The notes under the pieces were generated by a model. That model worked only from the letters and a program-made list of their open reading frames with translations, searched no databases and was not told where the DNA came from. Source: Dicyema japonicum (lineage: Eukaryota; Animalia; Dicyemida). From it: a stretch of 64,000 bases of DNA. Both the position numbers and the translations under genes were made by a program. Below, piece by piece: positions 11,691 to 25,150 of the stretch (its first letter is position 1; every line of letters begins with the position of its first letter). Location: positions 212,978 to 276,977 of the forward strand of contig RDEW01000058.1 of the NCBI GenBank assembly GCA_011109175.1. The letters are read 5' to 3'.

Positions 11691-12839
11691 CATGACGTCG
11701 GGGCCTCAGATGGGCGGAAAAGAAGTCTTCTAAGACGAATTATTTTTTCTAAGAAATTTTTATCTTACAAACGTAATAAATATTAAATAAAAACAATATA
11801 ATAAATAAATAATTAATTAATATCTTAAAAGTATGATGTGAGAATCCTCTGAAACAATGAAGACTATAAAAAGACGAGGATGAAGAACCAATCAAACGTA
11901 TAGAAAACTAAGAAAAAATTCTCTTAAATGGTAATTCCGTTGATCTCACTATAGCTTCAGAAAACTTCACAACCTCCACGAAAGCGACAAAAACAGTTTA
12001 CTCTGTCTTGCGGAGTATTCGGAATTATAAGCGAGCAAAACGAGACCATGCAGCAAACTTTGAGGTAAAAAACCAGACTCCGTCCATCGACCTTTTTCCG
12101 TGGTTCCTCTGAGGAGATTGACACAGGAAGAACTCCTAGCAGAAGCCAAAATAACAGAAGAACGTCCAATATTACGGAATATCCGATATTTTGGTGTATT
12201 GGTCTATATATCTTAGAGTGACATTACCGTCGGTAGATCACTAGAAAAAAGTCGGGAAAACTTTAAAAAATCACACCTAAATTGTGAATTTAAGAATATA
12301 GATATCGAAGACCCAATATAAAAAAAAACTAGAAAGGGAGTTTTTGTTCTTCAAAGCAAAATATGCTAGAAAACCATGACCTGAAGCAAACTAACCAATC
12401 TTTGTAGCAACATAAATCGTCTTTAAAACAAATAACCAAAAATGATCAAATCCACGTGTTGGGAATCATTATCATCAACATAATCACTTTAATGATCGAG
12501 AATTCAACACATTTTTAGCAAAACAACTGGACGAGTCAATCTCCTTCAAATAAGACGAAAAGTGTTGTTTTCCGTTTTCACGACCTGGTAAGATTTTGCA
12601 AAAAAATTGGAAGAGCTTCAAAACTCGAACGATGAACTGAAGACTGTTCTAAATGACTAGAATTTCCAAATGATGTACTGAAACAACAGAGACAGTTTTC
12701 GAGCCATTTTGGACAAATTGGAGGATACAAATTCGTGCAAAAACTAGGAATATCTAGAACTGATAGCTACAAAGTCTCCGATTGAAGTTATTTGTAGTCT
12801 CTTTGATTATTAGAGGGGGGAATGTCTGGTCGGATGATC

Positions 12840-13400
12840 TAGGTCTTTTTGCCAAGTCGGAATCATATTTACGGGAAATTGCGATGTTGGTGGAAGAAAG
12901 ATGACCAAGAACGAAACTAGCAATAATTTTGATGTTCTGAAAGAATGTAATTCAATGCTGGTGGGTGAGCTTAATACACGTTGTTCTGATGTGGAGGTTG
13001 AGTCCCTAGCATTATCAGATGATACTACCCCATTGATGGAATTGGCAGGTATTTATGGTTATGAGTATTCGTAGTTTATGTTTTGAAGGAGAAATTGATG
13101 CACGAAAAGAATCTTCTTAAGAAATTCAAATGATCGGTTTGTTTGCTTGTCAAGTTGATGTTGGAGATTGGAAGGCGATTATCCGAATGGCTGGAAAAGA
13201 AGTACCTAAGATCGGGTTAAAAAGAAATTTGGTGTTTGCGGTTGTATTGGTAGTTATTGGATGAGTGTGACTGTAAGTACAAATTAGTTGAGTCTGGATA
13301 TACTGCATGTATTTGTCATTTGAGCGATAAGTATTTGCGGGGACAGCCTCGGCTCCAATGTTTTTGGTAGCGCATATTTTGAAGATTAATGGAATGAGTA
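12840..13400 (+). mobile_element. Highly decayed LINE APE-domain relic
   Basis: MLVGELNTRCSD resembles the APE xGDFN motif; no intact frame. Confidence 0.3.
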
Positions 13401-13530
13401 ATAATTTGAAAAGTTTAGGTTTTTTGCTTTAACTTGTTGATTTTATTATGTTTTGTATGAATAGTGTAATATTTGTTACTTTTCTGTTGTTTTCTTACAG
13501 GTGGTTGGGTTACACAGAATTTTAATAAAA

Positions 13531-13606
13531 ATGAGGCACAATAAACCGGACATTGTGATACACGATATAGAGCCTGGTCAAGTCCTCATCATAGAAGTTG
13601 GCAATA
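13531..13606 (+). mobile_element. R4/Dong-like LINE RLE fragment
   Basis: RHNKPDIVIHDIEPGQVLIIEVG (PD..E restriction-like endonuclease motif). Confidence 0.7.
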
Positions 13607-14518
13607 ATAGTAAGGATACTAATAGCATATATAGTCATCAAATATAGTTAAAATTACTTTAACGGTTGACCTAATTTTACTGTCTTAGAGAAATATGACC
13701 TATTTTACTTTTAAATAGAAAAGAACATCGGATGTTTAAAATCTTTGGTCCTGATAGATCAATCTGTAGCAAAAATCGCACAGAAAAATAATTTTGTCAT
13801 CAAACGATCACTTTATTCGATTTTTTAATATTTCACATAAAACCAATTCGAGAGTGCGAATGATGATAATTCGTTACTTAGAACAATATCATCTATTTGA
13901 ATCTTAAAGAGGCAAAAGATTCTCCCTTCATACTCAGACTAACTACTTCATACTGCTTTGTGTTAACTTCACGTCTAATCCTCCAAAATTAGACCAATTA
14001 AATTACATTGCAGTACTCTTGTCTGAAAAAATAATTTCAATTACCCTGCAGTACTCTTGTCTGAAAAAGAATTAGATATCATCATACTTCAAAACCAAAA
14101 TCCAGGTCATCCGCATTTCTTAATTCCTAGATAAAAGTAGGATAATTTTTAGCTCTCAGATTACGAAAAGCAGCTTCCAGATAACAACAAAAGGATTGGT
14201 TATTGTGAGTCACTTTCTGAAGTGTCAATGTGCATAGCCTCTCTTCAGATTCACTTAAAATTTGATTTTCGCGCAAATTGACCTGTAATTGAACATTATC
14301 AAAAGGTATTAAACTTTTGACACAATTTCTAGACATTTTGATAAAGCTATTAAACATTGTGGCAAAGTTATTAGACATTTTCGACAAATTTATTAAATTT
14401 TATGGTAAAATTATTAAACAAATCGGAAAACCATGTTAATTGTGTAAATTTAATTAAATTATTTTTTAATTTTATTTATTTAATCCAACACTTTATTTAA
14501 TAAAATTAAAATTAATTA

Positions 14519-15400
14519 TGACGACTGTAAATCATGTAATAATTTTAATTTCTTGTGGTTACTAGTATATTCATCATTTTGGTATTTAATCCTATAGATG
14601 TTCAATTTCATCATCTTATACCTTCATTTGGCATTTTGACACAGAAAAATTGTCAAGAAATAAATCAGGTGCAATTTCTGTATTATATATTAATTATTAA
14701 GATATTTGATTAATTGTACATTTTCTGGACTACAAATTGATTCTAAAGTATAGATTTACGAATTCAATACATCACATTTGAACATGGTTTCAATTTTTCT
14801 ATTATACGATCGAAAGTGACGAATTTGTATTAAATATTACTTATTATAGTTACTGTTGGGAAGAAAGTTTAAAATATGTAATCAAAATACTTTTCCATCT
14901 ACTATTGATAGCTTGTTATATATATTATTAAATTAATAGGTATTTACAACGATGCAATTCCCTCTTATACATCGCAATTGATTTTGCAGAAGATTTATCA
15001 GTACTTTACAATATGTAAATTTTTTTAATTAATGTAGTTTCTTTCCACAGAGAATAGAAGTTATTCAAGAATTTAGAATTAGTTCCATTTGGGTTACATT
15101 AAATAAGTATTTTTAATAATAATGTAGAGTGATTGTGTGCAGGGATTCATTCGGTGATGCAGAGGCGTATAATATTATATTTATCATAGGTATAAAGCTA
15201 TACGTGATAATCATAATTTTCCAATATAATAACATGTATATGTTCGAAAGTAATATATTTAGACGAATACAGCAAGCAGACAAGTAAAACATGTAATTAA
15301 TAATGTTATTTCAGACTGCAGTGCCATTGCGAACAAGTACAATGTAATGGGCTTTTGCGGAGTTACTAACATTTTACTAACTTAATCGGTTCTTTTATCG
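14519..15400 (+). CDS. Probable intron-dense orphan gene, function unknown
   Basis: At least 6 evenly spaced 21-25-nt AT-rich GT..AG segments (e.g. gtaaatttttttaattaatgtag, gtatttttaataataatgtag, gtataatattatatttatcatag); removing them gives YLQRCNSLLYIAIDFAEDLSVLYNI-FFPQRIEVIQEFRISSIWVTLNK-VIVCRDSFGDAEA; exact ends uncertain. Confidence 0.45.
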
Positions 15401-15679
15401 AGAATAAAAATTGGTGTTAATTAATTCAAATTTATTATGATTTAAATAATTTCCTGGTTGGCCAACTGAATCACACATCTCTACTCTTGACTCGGAAAGA
15501 ATAATTTTAATTAAAAAAACGATAAGGAAATGAATCGATTATGATTGGTTTTAAGAACGGATAGGTTTCCTTAGATTTATGAATGACGTGAGCATTATCC
15601 CAATTAATTTATTTAGTTTTGATCCCTGTCGACATAATTGTCGCTAAGTTCTTTCTCAAGATATTCAAGGAGATCAATT

Positions 15680-16340
15680 ATATGAACACAATTGCCTTTA
15701 AGAGAGTCAGCGTCCAAATTTCTTGAGAATATTCCTCGTCGGAGTAGTTAAATGAATTGGCACACAACTTTTTTTGTCATCAGGTGTCAAACTCCACGGA
15801 TCAACACCTGAATTTTTTGATCTGATCCTGAATATCGAAGGTGTTTTCTTGGTCATGTATTTGCCCCCGTCTGGATTATTTTATATAATATTTTCTGCCC
15901 CCGACTTCGGACACTTTATCTTCCAATAGTCTTTCCAAAAATAGGGATTTTTACATAAATCTTAGCACCCTCAGCCTTTCATATACGTCCGTTTATTATT
16001 TCCATTATTAGACATGAAAACCCTATAGTAACTCTAATCTAATTGAGATATGTTGAACCTCAAGAAAACTAAAGTAATGCTAGTTCATTATGCATTTTCC
16101 TTAAGGATCAAGCATTCACTAGCAATATAATCTTGTTTCAACATTTTGGTGACCTTGCTTCTTCAAATCCAAGCTTACTATCTCCATTAAATCCATCTGT
16201 GTATTCGCGGACAGATAGTTAAGATGTGACATAATCTTTGATATTTCCGTATATACCTTCTCTGATAGATTGGGTGGGACTTCATTCGATTTCGACAAAT
16301 TTTTAGTGCCGTCTTTGACGTAACTGTCTTTGCTGTCCAC
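15680..16340 (-). mobile_element. hAT transposase C-terminal (dimerisation domain) relic
   Basis: DYWKIKCPK and RNLDADSLKAIVFI* resemble the hATC end. Confidence 0.45.
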
Positions 16341-16399
16341 GTTCTCCCAATATCGCTTATTATCACCTGTCCATCGTTTTACCCTACTCTCCTATGATC

Positions 16400-16640
16400 A
16401 AGACTTTTAGGCGAATGGACATCCATCATATCTATCACAATGTGAGGACGAGCCACAATTTATGCTATTAATTGTGTTCCCAGGAATCTTTCACACGCAG
16501 ACAGATCGTGTTCTCCTCAAGTGAGACATCTTGTATTCTTACAGAAGCAGGATATATGCCCATAGCGTTGGCAGTTGAATCATTTATGTGGCTTCTTCCG
16601 TACTATTCGCATGTAATAGTACGTGAGAAATGTTGAAACA
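16400..16640 (-). mobile_element. LINE ORF1 (gag-like) triple zinc-knuckle relic
   Basis: FNCQRYGHISCFC, RCLTxGEHDLSAC and INCGSSSH...GCP. Confidence 0.75.
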
Positions 16641-17524
16641 ATTTCCGACAAGCGAAGTAGCCTCAGCCTATGATCCAACTAGAACCCTTAGAAAAGGGAG
16701 TCTCCATCTGCCTTGTAGAGATGACATAAGCTCGTGGTAGATGAGGCTAATTCCTTTACGAATTCATAAAGGTCGTTATCATATACTCATAAAGGCAGGT
16801 TGTTCACACAATTTCGAAAGATCTAGTCGGATTTAACTAAAGCAATGGTTTCCAAGAACATAAAGAGAAGTAGCATCATCATGTTCATATAAATTCCTTT
16901 GTCCCCTCCTTTCTGAATTCGAGGCGGAAGATCCCGGAGCCTTTGTGACTCAATCTGATAAATCTCGTCAAGTCGACGAGTACAGCACTTTAGAAATTTT
17001 GATAGCTCTCATATTCGATGTGACAGAAATCTGTGTCTAAAGAAGACGAACAAACTGACGGATCTGTCACTTAAAAGAAGAAATCGATTGATAAATAAAA
17101 AGGAGACTCAGGAGAGTTCTGACATGTCTAGAATACGGAAGAAATCAGGTAAATATGTCAACTTAAACGAGCCGTGGATGATTCACTCACAGAAAAGTGA
17201 TAAAAATCCCCATTTTATGGTATCATTTATGATCAATTTAATTTCCTTCATCAGCTAAGAAACCAGCAGTTTCTGTTTTTTGAAAGTCATTTCCGACAAT
17301 TTGGTTGATTTTTGATGTGACTTAGCTTTCTGAAAATGGTTATAACCTCAGCGAGCCTAAACACTCCGGGTTTGAGCCATTCGAGCTTCCATAACAGTTT
17401 ACCTACCAGGAGTTGGTTCAGATACTGACAATAATCAACTTTCTCTTCATTTTCCGCGGTTTTTGAACTTCCAAGAGGATGAGACTATTTCCTCTGGTAT
17501 TTATTATTAACTGTTAACACTTCC

Positions 17525-17932
17525 TTCAGTACGTATGCAAAACGCGAAAGCGTGGCCTATCGATCCTTTTGCTTTTAAAAGCTTTAAGCTAAAGGTGACA
17601 GAAAAGTTACCACAGGGATAATTGGCTTGTGCGCCCAAGCGTACATAGCGACGGCGCTTTTTGATCCTTCGATGTTGGCTCTTCCTATCATTGCGAAGCA
17701 TAAATCGCAAAGTGTAGGATTGTTCACCCACTAACAGGGAACGTGAGCTGAGTTTAGACCATCGTGAGATAGGTTAGTTTTACCCTACTGATTCGGTGTC
17801 GTTGCAACAGTAATTCTGCAAATTACGTGAGGAACTGCAGAGTCAGACATTTGGTTCATGCACTTGACTGAAAAGTCAGTGGTGCGAAGCTATCGTCTAA
17901 AGATAATAACTGAACGCCTCTAAGTTAGAATC
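17525..17932 (+). rRNA. Orphan 28S rRNA fragment (domains V-VI), probably continuing to about 18240
   Basis: cgcgaaagcgtggcctatcgatcc, gacagaaaagttaccacagggataa, tttgatccttcgatgttggctcttcctatcatt, ggattgttcacccactaacagggaacgtgagctgagtttagacc and ctgaacgcctctaagttagaatc. Confidence 0.93.
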
Positions 17933-18270
17933 TTGACTGGAAGCAACGATATTGTGCAGTGCTCTAATATAGCAAGAATATGCTTTTATGCTGCTGTTAC
18001 CTTGGTGTCGAAAGGTGTCCTAAAAGTAGGCATTATCACCCAGGTGAATTGCATTGAGACTGAGTACTGTGCTAAATCACATGTAGACGACATTTATTGG
18101 CATGAGAACTGTACGTATGAAAGCTGCTTTGGTGGCGATCTACTGAGGTCCATCTCTTTGCCAAAGATTTGTCCGCTTGTCGGACGACATTTAATGAAGA
18201 TTGGGATACTCGGGCCATGGTATACGGTGATAATTTGAGTATATAGCTATTTTCCTGTATTGTCAGAAAG

Positions 18271-18528
18271 GGCTTTTGGACTTGTAATTTTTTCGCAAAT
18301 AGTCAAATGGGTGTTTTGTATTATCAGGCCATATTCGCAGCCATAAGTTTCGTCACATGGGTCTATTAAATGCACGATAAATACGCTGAGGGTATATGGT
18401 GATAAGTGATTGAGGCCTTTGGACTTGGTATATTTTTCGCAAAGTCAAATGGGTGTTTTGTATTATCAGGCCAAACCCGCAGCCATAAGTTTTGAAAACA
18501 TGGGTCTATTAAATGCACCAAAAATACC
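18271..18528. repeat. Two ~115-bp subrepeats with 143-bp period (rDNA IGS-like)
   Basis: tttggacttg..tttttcgcaaa..gtcaaatgggtgttttgtattatcaggcca..cgcagccataagttt..acatgggtctattaaatgcac occurs twice. Confidence 0.85.
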
Positions 18529-19189
18529 CCGACGGTAGATGCTGGAAAGGTAAAAAAGAGACCTTCCATGGGCATAAAATGCATCGAGGTTTTTCTAGCC
18601 AGATATTAGCTAATGCATTGGTATTATAAAATCGGGCCTCGTAATAGGCCCGAATAAGTAATATCTAATGAATAGGTGAATAACCAGGTATTTGCTAGAT
18701 AATAGAAAATCGGGCCACCTAATAGACACTAAAAAAGTAGTGCGTGGGCAATATGGGCAGACTTATAAAGTTATTATTTATAGATTTCAAAAAAGCCCAG
18801 TGGACAAGTAAAGGATTTTAACAAGGAAGCCCAGTAACTGTCCTGTTGAGTATCCATTGATTCCTTACAGTAAGTGGACAGCCTGCCGTCCAATGAGTGG
18901 CCATGCAAAGATCTTTCTGCATTTGATTTTTCAAGTCGCCGGAGATGCAAAGACTAGTAACATGGTAACATTAGTTGGACATGAAGGCAGGTTAACACCG
19001 GGTGTAAAGGGTTAATGGGGAAAGGCAGGACAGGGGCCAGGGAAACGGGGGGAAAAGGGATCGGATTAGATTTACGGGAAATTATCGCCACAGTTGTCCA
19101 AAACCTTATTTTTCAATAGGCTAGGTAGACAGCTATTTGAGATAAGCTTCATAGGGTTCGAGTCCCAGAGATTGTTTTATAATTTTCGT

Positions 19190-19600
19190 TTTAACACTTT
19201 TATTTATTTTTATTTATTTTTTTTATTTTAAGCACGTGTCTACAGCTCATAAAAATTTGGTCACGTGGTCCGGGCACGTGCCTTATCTCTAACTAGAATT
19301 AGATATCTCCATCTGAGTTAGAAATTCAGTTAAAAAGCCAAATAAAAGCTTTAAATTAACTATTTAATTATACAATTTAATTACTTATTTATTTTTTTTT
19401 TTTAACACGTGTCTACCACAAAGAAAAAAACTGATCACGTGGTCAAGAAAAGTTTTAAATATTAAATTTGAACCTAAAAATCTGTTTTAGGGCTTAATTA
19501 TAACTTTCTATTTAATTAATATATTTTAGGCACGTGTCTAAGCTAGGAAACTTAAAAATTTAGACACTCAAAAAATTAGCCACGTGGTCGGGCCCAGGTG
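19190..19600. repeat. Three degenerate units, each a T-rich run + cacgtgtcta + cacgtggtc
   Basis: CACGTG at 19233, 19262, 19275, 19406, 19436, 19531 and 19581; two more at 20057 and 20202. Confidence 0.8.
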
Positions 19601-21787
19601 GTCAAGACATGTGGGTACTCCAAATAAATCGGGGCTCATTTGCTATTGAAATATTTAAACCAAATTAACAAATAAGCTTATTAAATCAATTTAAAAAATA
19701 GCTTTTTAATTTCTAAAACCAAATTATTAAAAGTGTTATTTTGGGCTTAAAACAAGCATTTTTTCTGGTCCCCGAATAGATACAGATTCTCCGGGATTTG
19801 TCCCCACTTGCCCTAACTTTTTTCGGGTACGCACTTGCATATTTGTTGCTCTTTAAAATTGGCAAACTTGTCTTGACCTTAGGTCCCCCAGGGATCACAA
19901 ATGAAGACTTTGAGTTTCGGGAAATTTCGATTAATATTACTCCTGTCAAGTGGCGTGACCATTAATGCTAATTTCAAAAACTTTCAACTTTAATCATTTC
20001 TAGGCATTAATACAAGAACCCAGAGATCCCTGAGATGAAGACAATGGGAGACAGCCCACGTGGGTAAAAAATCAAAACTTAATTTTTATAAACTGCTTAT
20101 TTAAACACTCTCCTTCTTACAAATGCAATAATAAAATATTTATTTCAAGTCTCCTAAGCACTTTAAGTCAAAATAAAAGTGTCCCACAAAAAGCTAGAAA
20201 GCACGTGGTCAAAAAACTTTTTCAAAAGTGAGATATAATATAGCTAAAATTCATTATAATTATAATTAATACAAAAGATACCGTCTGGTTGCAATTGGTT
20301 ACTTCTAGAAGAAACTTTGGTCGAAAATGTGGACCTTTTATGGAAGGTAACTGACAAATCCATGTACTCTGAGGTGTTTAATAAGTTATACAGTATTTTA
20401 AATAATGTAAATAAACTTAATTAGCTTTATAAAGATTGTGAATATTTCAAGTCAGTCCCAGGACCTTCAAAATCTTAAGTAATTTGCTTAACATAGTCGA
20501 TGATCCATGTCAAAAAAATCGAAATTGTTTTTCTAGGGTACCAGATCTCACAAACTACGGGACGGACCACGCTACTTTTTTTCGGAGGAACTATATTTAA
20601 AAGAGAAAAAGGTTTTGAATTTTTTTGGAGATCGGTCCCAGCTAGCGGGAGATACAGAACTTTTGTGATGGTTCAGATTTCATTTCGATATTAAAGCAAT
20701 CTTGACTAAATTTAATATGCGAAATTTATTAACTTTACTAAAGTAAAACACATTTGATAATTTTTTTGGGATCATTCACTTTTTTTCACATTATTAGTGA
20801 GATCCACATTTGATAATTTTTTGGGGGATCAATCATAGAGATCGATTTGACCACTTATATCCCCACAATAGCAGATTGGAAGACAAAGGCTGAATTACTG
20901 TTAGAGTCAATGTGGGGGAGAAATTGTATTAAAAAGTTTTAGAGGTTTTTGTGCAAAACACAGAGAATTAGCTGATGACTAGGATATAGAATGGATATAG
21001 AATGCCTCATAGTGATCTCTAGAATCCTCTTATAATCAAAAAAGTCAGTTTTGACGAAAATTGAAATCAAAGTTCGTTTGATATAAAACAGAATTTAGTA
21101 TTCGATCACTAATTTGAAAGGTTATACGAGGAGATTAAGAAAACAAGAGACTTTTCTATATCTTGTGACCGCAAATTTTTAAATTTAATCGATTATGACT
21201 ATTTTTAAAACTAACTAACCGATTCGTAGATGGGAAGACAAATTCCTCCACTTTGGTGAAAAAGACAGAAACCCTCTTCTCCTGTCTCTACCTTAGTTAA
21301 AGGATAGAAAGTCTGCTCCTAAGTTCTCTTCTCCAATAGATTTCCTGTGTAAGCAAAGAAGAAGGTGCTTCCGGGAATCGGTTGATGCAATGGAAGACCA
21401 TGAACGTAAGGTGCTCTGCTAATGGCGGGAACTGAAATTAGCCACTAATTGAGCACATTTTGTATCTCTCAGTGACCCTGGCATTGATATGAACTGTGAG
21501 GATTTTGTTGTACAATGAACCAAATCCTCACAGTTCTGAAAGTCTTAATCGACTTTTATTTATTTGTAACGCAGGCTACTTAGTAGTTAATTGGTCAGAG
21601 GGTCGAGCTGGTGACGTAGCTATGGTTCACTATGCTTAACTCTAGTTCACTTAAAGTTTTTATCTTTTCAAATAAGTTCAGTCTTGGCTGAACTTCTTAA
21701 ATAGGATAACTCAGGGATTTCATGTGGGTCATTTGGTCGGGGACAAGTGAACAGACCCAACCTCTCTTACCGAACGACTACAAAATA

Positions 21788-22280
21788 CAGTAAAACCTCT
21801 CGAATCCACCAAATTTGGATTTGGAAATTACTGCTGATTCGAGAAGCAAATTTTAATTTTTTGTAAATTAATAAAATGCATTTTTTTAATTTTAAAGACT
21901 AGTTAAAAGATGAAAACATTAATTTCCTTTAAAATAATCAGTTATTCTTGTTATAATGTTCGTTCTGATGTTTCTACTAACATCATCAAGGAGATTGAAG
22001 ACATTTAAGTTAACTTCATCCTTCTGTTTAAAGTACTTCCTCAATGTATAGACTGCATTCATTGCATCATAGTCTGAAACGACTTGTTCATTCTTTTGTT
22101 CTCCATCATTAATGCATTCTTTGTCTTCATCATTTTCATCCAAATTTTCCAGGATATCTTCATTCTCCGTATACTCATAGAGAAGAAAAATTGGATCATT
22201 TTTGAATTTAAAAAATAAAATAATAAGAAAATGAAAAAAAATTATTTTTAAAAATGCGGCGGATTCGAGAGGTTTTACTG
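21788..22280 (-). mobile_element. Tigger/pogo-family non-autonomous element (493 bp)
   Basis: Perfect 20-bp TIR cagtaaaacctctcgaatcc; TA on the left flank; internal transposase tail ...RITDYFKGN*. Confidence 0.9.
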
Positions 22281-22379
22281 TTGTTTGTTTGGTAGTAGGT
22301 AGGAGACGAGTGCCAAACTACCGTTCCAAAATTTCTTTAATTTGGTGTGATGAAAATGAAGTCAATCACGGACCAAAGT

Positions 22380-22660
22380 CAACCAATGAAATTAGAAGAT
22401 AGTCCAGCTAAACATTAAGGGAGTTTCCAACAAAACGTACACAACTTCAATAAAACCATTCTGCAAACATCGCTCCTACCAAAAGACAAAGCTTACATCA
22501 AAGTCAAGACTCCAGACTTCGGGAGTTATTATGTTATCCATTTTGACCCAGCATCCAGCACGACTAGAGGAGGTTTACTTATATCTCTTCATGACTCAAT
22601 TCCATTTGTTGGTTCTCGCTCTGTAGTGAGTACACGACGAACACCAAACTACCAATTCCT
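22380..22660 (+). mobile_element. LINE APE N-terminal fragment
   Basis: QLNIKGVSNK...RGGLLISLHDSIPF. Confidence 0.5.
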
Positions 22661-22989
22661 ATATTTTGTTCATCAGCGTCTAACTCAAAAAGTAAAATCT
22701 GCACAAGTTAGCGACAATACAGCTGAACATCAAAGATTTTAAAATAGTTTTCTCAGAACATCCTTGTTACCTTTTGTTAGCCACCGGTTCCTTTATTGAA
22801 AGGGAGTTAAGTGTTCTTGAAATGTCTCCGCGGTATTAATAAGCATATGAATACTTAGGGTTTCCGCTTGCTGCCGTGCTCTAACAGTTTCTCCGTGTAA
22901 CTTCCCTCCAACGCACGACTCCGCTGTTCATCAATGTGTCCACGAGAAGACTAGCCTCACTAACTTGTAGTTACCTGTATATATCAGAT

Positions 22990-23420
22990 GAGACGCAGCA
23001 AATGCCGGTCGCTCCATAGATCAGTCAGTCCTGGCATTGTAGACGAATGTTGTGCTAATTCATGACATTCAAATAGGTGATTTGTTGTCAATTCGTAGAG
23101 GTTGCTAACGAGAAGACATCGTACGTCGGTAGAGAGGGGTGGTGCCCACATAGTTGACTAGCCAGTTTTACCTGGACGTACCCCGGAAGAGAGGATTCTG
23201 TTGGTCTATTGGAGGCTGGGCCGGTGTAGTACTTTATCATCATTGAGTCTTCGGATGTTTCTCGTAGCACAACAAAATCGTGTATCTGTTTCAGACGACT
23301 CCGGTCATGGGGTGGAAGAGATGGATGATAGCATTCGGAGGGTTGTTATGATAATCTTTCTTTTGTTTTGTGGTTTGCATAGAAAGTGACAGGGGTGGTC
23401 TAAGCTTGGGAGAGGAACTG
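22990..23420 (-). mobile_element. Jockey/I-like LINE 3' coding fragment
   Basis: TESSLPGYVQVKLASQLCGHHPSLPTY; nucleotide match to 42761-42797 and 11561-11578. Confidence 0.65.
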
Positions 23421-23539
23421 CATAGCTCTCATTTCCAAATGGTTTTCAATTGGAAGGATCTTTGATTCCAATTTAGATGATCAATAAGGGGTTGATTTGA
23501 GACATTCAGTAATGTTTGGACTTTTGTAGTTCGTCGATG

Positions 23540-23800
23540 CCACTCAACCAACGAACTTGAAGCGATTGGAGGTAAATAAATAATAAAGTAACACAGGAAA
23601 TATTCGTCTTGAACGTCTGCATCCATTTTCACAACGTAATCTTCCACAGGTGTCCTGGAAAGACAACCACATGCACGTCATCTGAATGTAGAAAATTTTT
23701 CCATGGCGCATTGCAGTGTGTTTCTTTACCCATCCGTAGAATATGTCCAAAAGACGCCAACGGACTTCAAGTACGTTCAAACTTATTGGTCCACAATCAG
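23540..23800 (-). mobile_element. Tc1/IS630-like DDE transposase relic
   Basis: YVVKMDAD...IIYLPPIA resembles the VVMDNA...YLPPYSP motif. Confidence 0.35.
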
Positions 23801-24344
23801 TCTGTATAATTTATTGTTTGAGATTTTCTTTGTACAATAATATCCAAGGAATTTTCTTAGTTGGCCACTGTGAAATCCATATCTTTCTTTGACGTTTCCC
23901 AAGTACCTGCGTTGTACAAGAAAACAGTACATACGGCAATAAATATATTTGAATTAAAAAAAATAATTATTGTAGTTTTTCAAATTATCAAGAAATTTTT
24001 TTTCAGTGGAAAACAATTTATTAACAAAAAAAGATTTAAATAATTAATCCTTTGCATATGATATCTGGGGCCATTAATCTCTTGGACAAATGTCTTGAAG
24101 ATCAGGCTAGCCGAAAAAAGCTCCAAAATCACGGAACGCTAGATTTCTGGAGAGTTCCAGCCACCAATACCTCATGAAGCCGTTATACGAATTAATCACG
24201 GAACGCACCGTGGTAACTGCGAAGATCCAGTCATTCAGCCGATATGTGCTTGTGTGGGGTAGGGGGAGGAGCATCGGGCCAAGATGAAATCCCTGCTAGT
24301 GCGTGCTGGGATCACGTGATTAGTTAGTTTGTGTAACCGTGGTC

Positions 24345-25150
24345 TCTGATATTATTATTATTAATCCTTTGCAGATAGGATTGCGAATACGTTTCCACGT
24401 AATACGGAAATCTCGATTAGTTGTCTTAGCAAGAACGCTTCAAGGGGTTCTTTCTTTCGACTCGCTAGTATCCCTCATATATTGTTTTAGATTCTGCCGA
24501 GTCCGAATCAGCATTTTTCGAAACTGAGCATTTCATCAAGAATTCTGACTTTCATCAGTTCTTGGAGAGACTGATCATCGACTATTGCAACTCCGGAAAT
24601 AACAAAACCGACTATATTGATGGCATGACACTGTGCTCTTTTCCATAGCTCCATTCATCCGAAGAACACCTTTAATAAAACGTATTCATGCCTTGTTGTT
24701 CCGTAATATGAATTTGGATGCAGTTTAGTTGAGCTTTTGCTGTGTAAATACGAGAAATATCTTGCACTAAGTAACCATGTTATAGCGTTTTCCTATCGAT
24801 AACGACAATAGGCAATCAACAACAACATTTGGGCAATCAAATACTTCGTTTATTGTAAATTCCTCTTAAATATACATTTTCTGTTGAATTGGAAAAATGG
24901 GAGATTGTAACTCAAATGTCTAACGCTTTATCACTGATATACTCTTTTATCTCAGTCTCTTTAAACACGTCAAGACTAGATGAGTAGTGAAAGAAGGGTG
25001 TATTCAAACGCTCATGGAGGTAACTCTGATATGAGAGTAACTTAATCATGAGAGCATGACTATAAATGCATGTCTTTAGCATCTTAATAAAACTGTCCAA
25101 CAAGAACAAGTCCATTCGGAACCAGGGAAAGGGGATAGAATATCCAGTCC
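24345..25150 (-). mobile_element. CRE-clade LINE 3' region, decayed
   Basis: WSYGKE and EPLEAFLLRQLIEISVLRGNVFAILSA*. Confidence 0.6.

Noticed and set aside
11957-12169. ORF with a signal-peptide-like N-terminus
   Set aside because: It starts at TTG, has no recognisable domain or intron support, and an overlapping frame is equally open.
19117-19167. tRNA gene (gggttcgagtccc T-arm/B-box)
   Set aside because: I could not form an acceptor stem or D-arm; at most it is a tRNA-derived relic.
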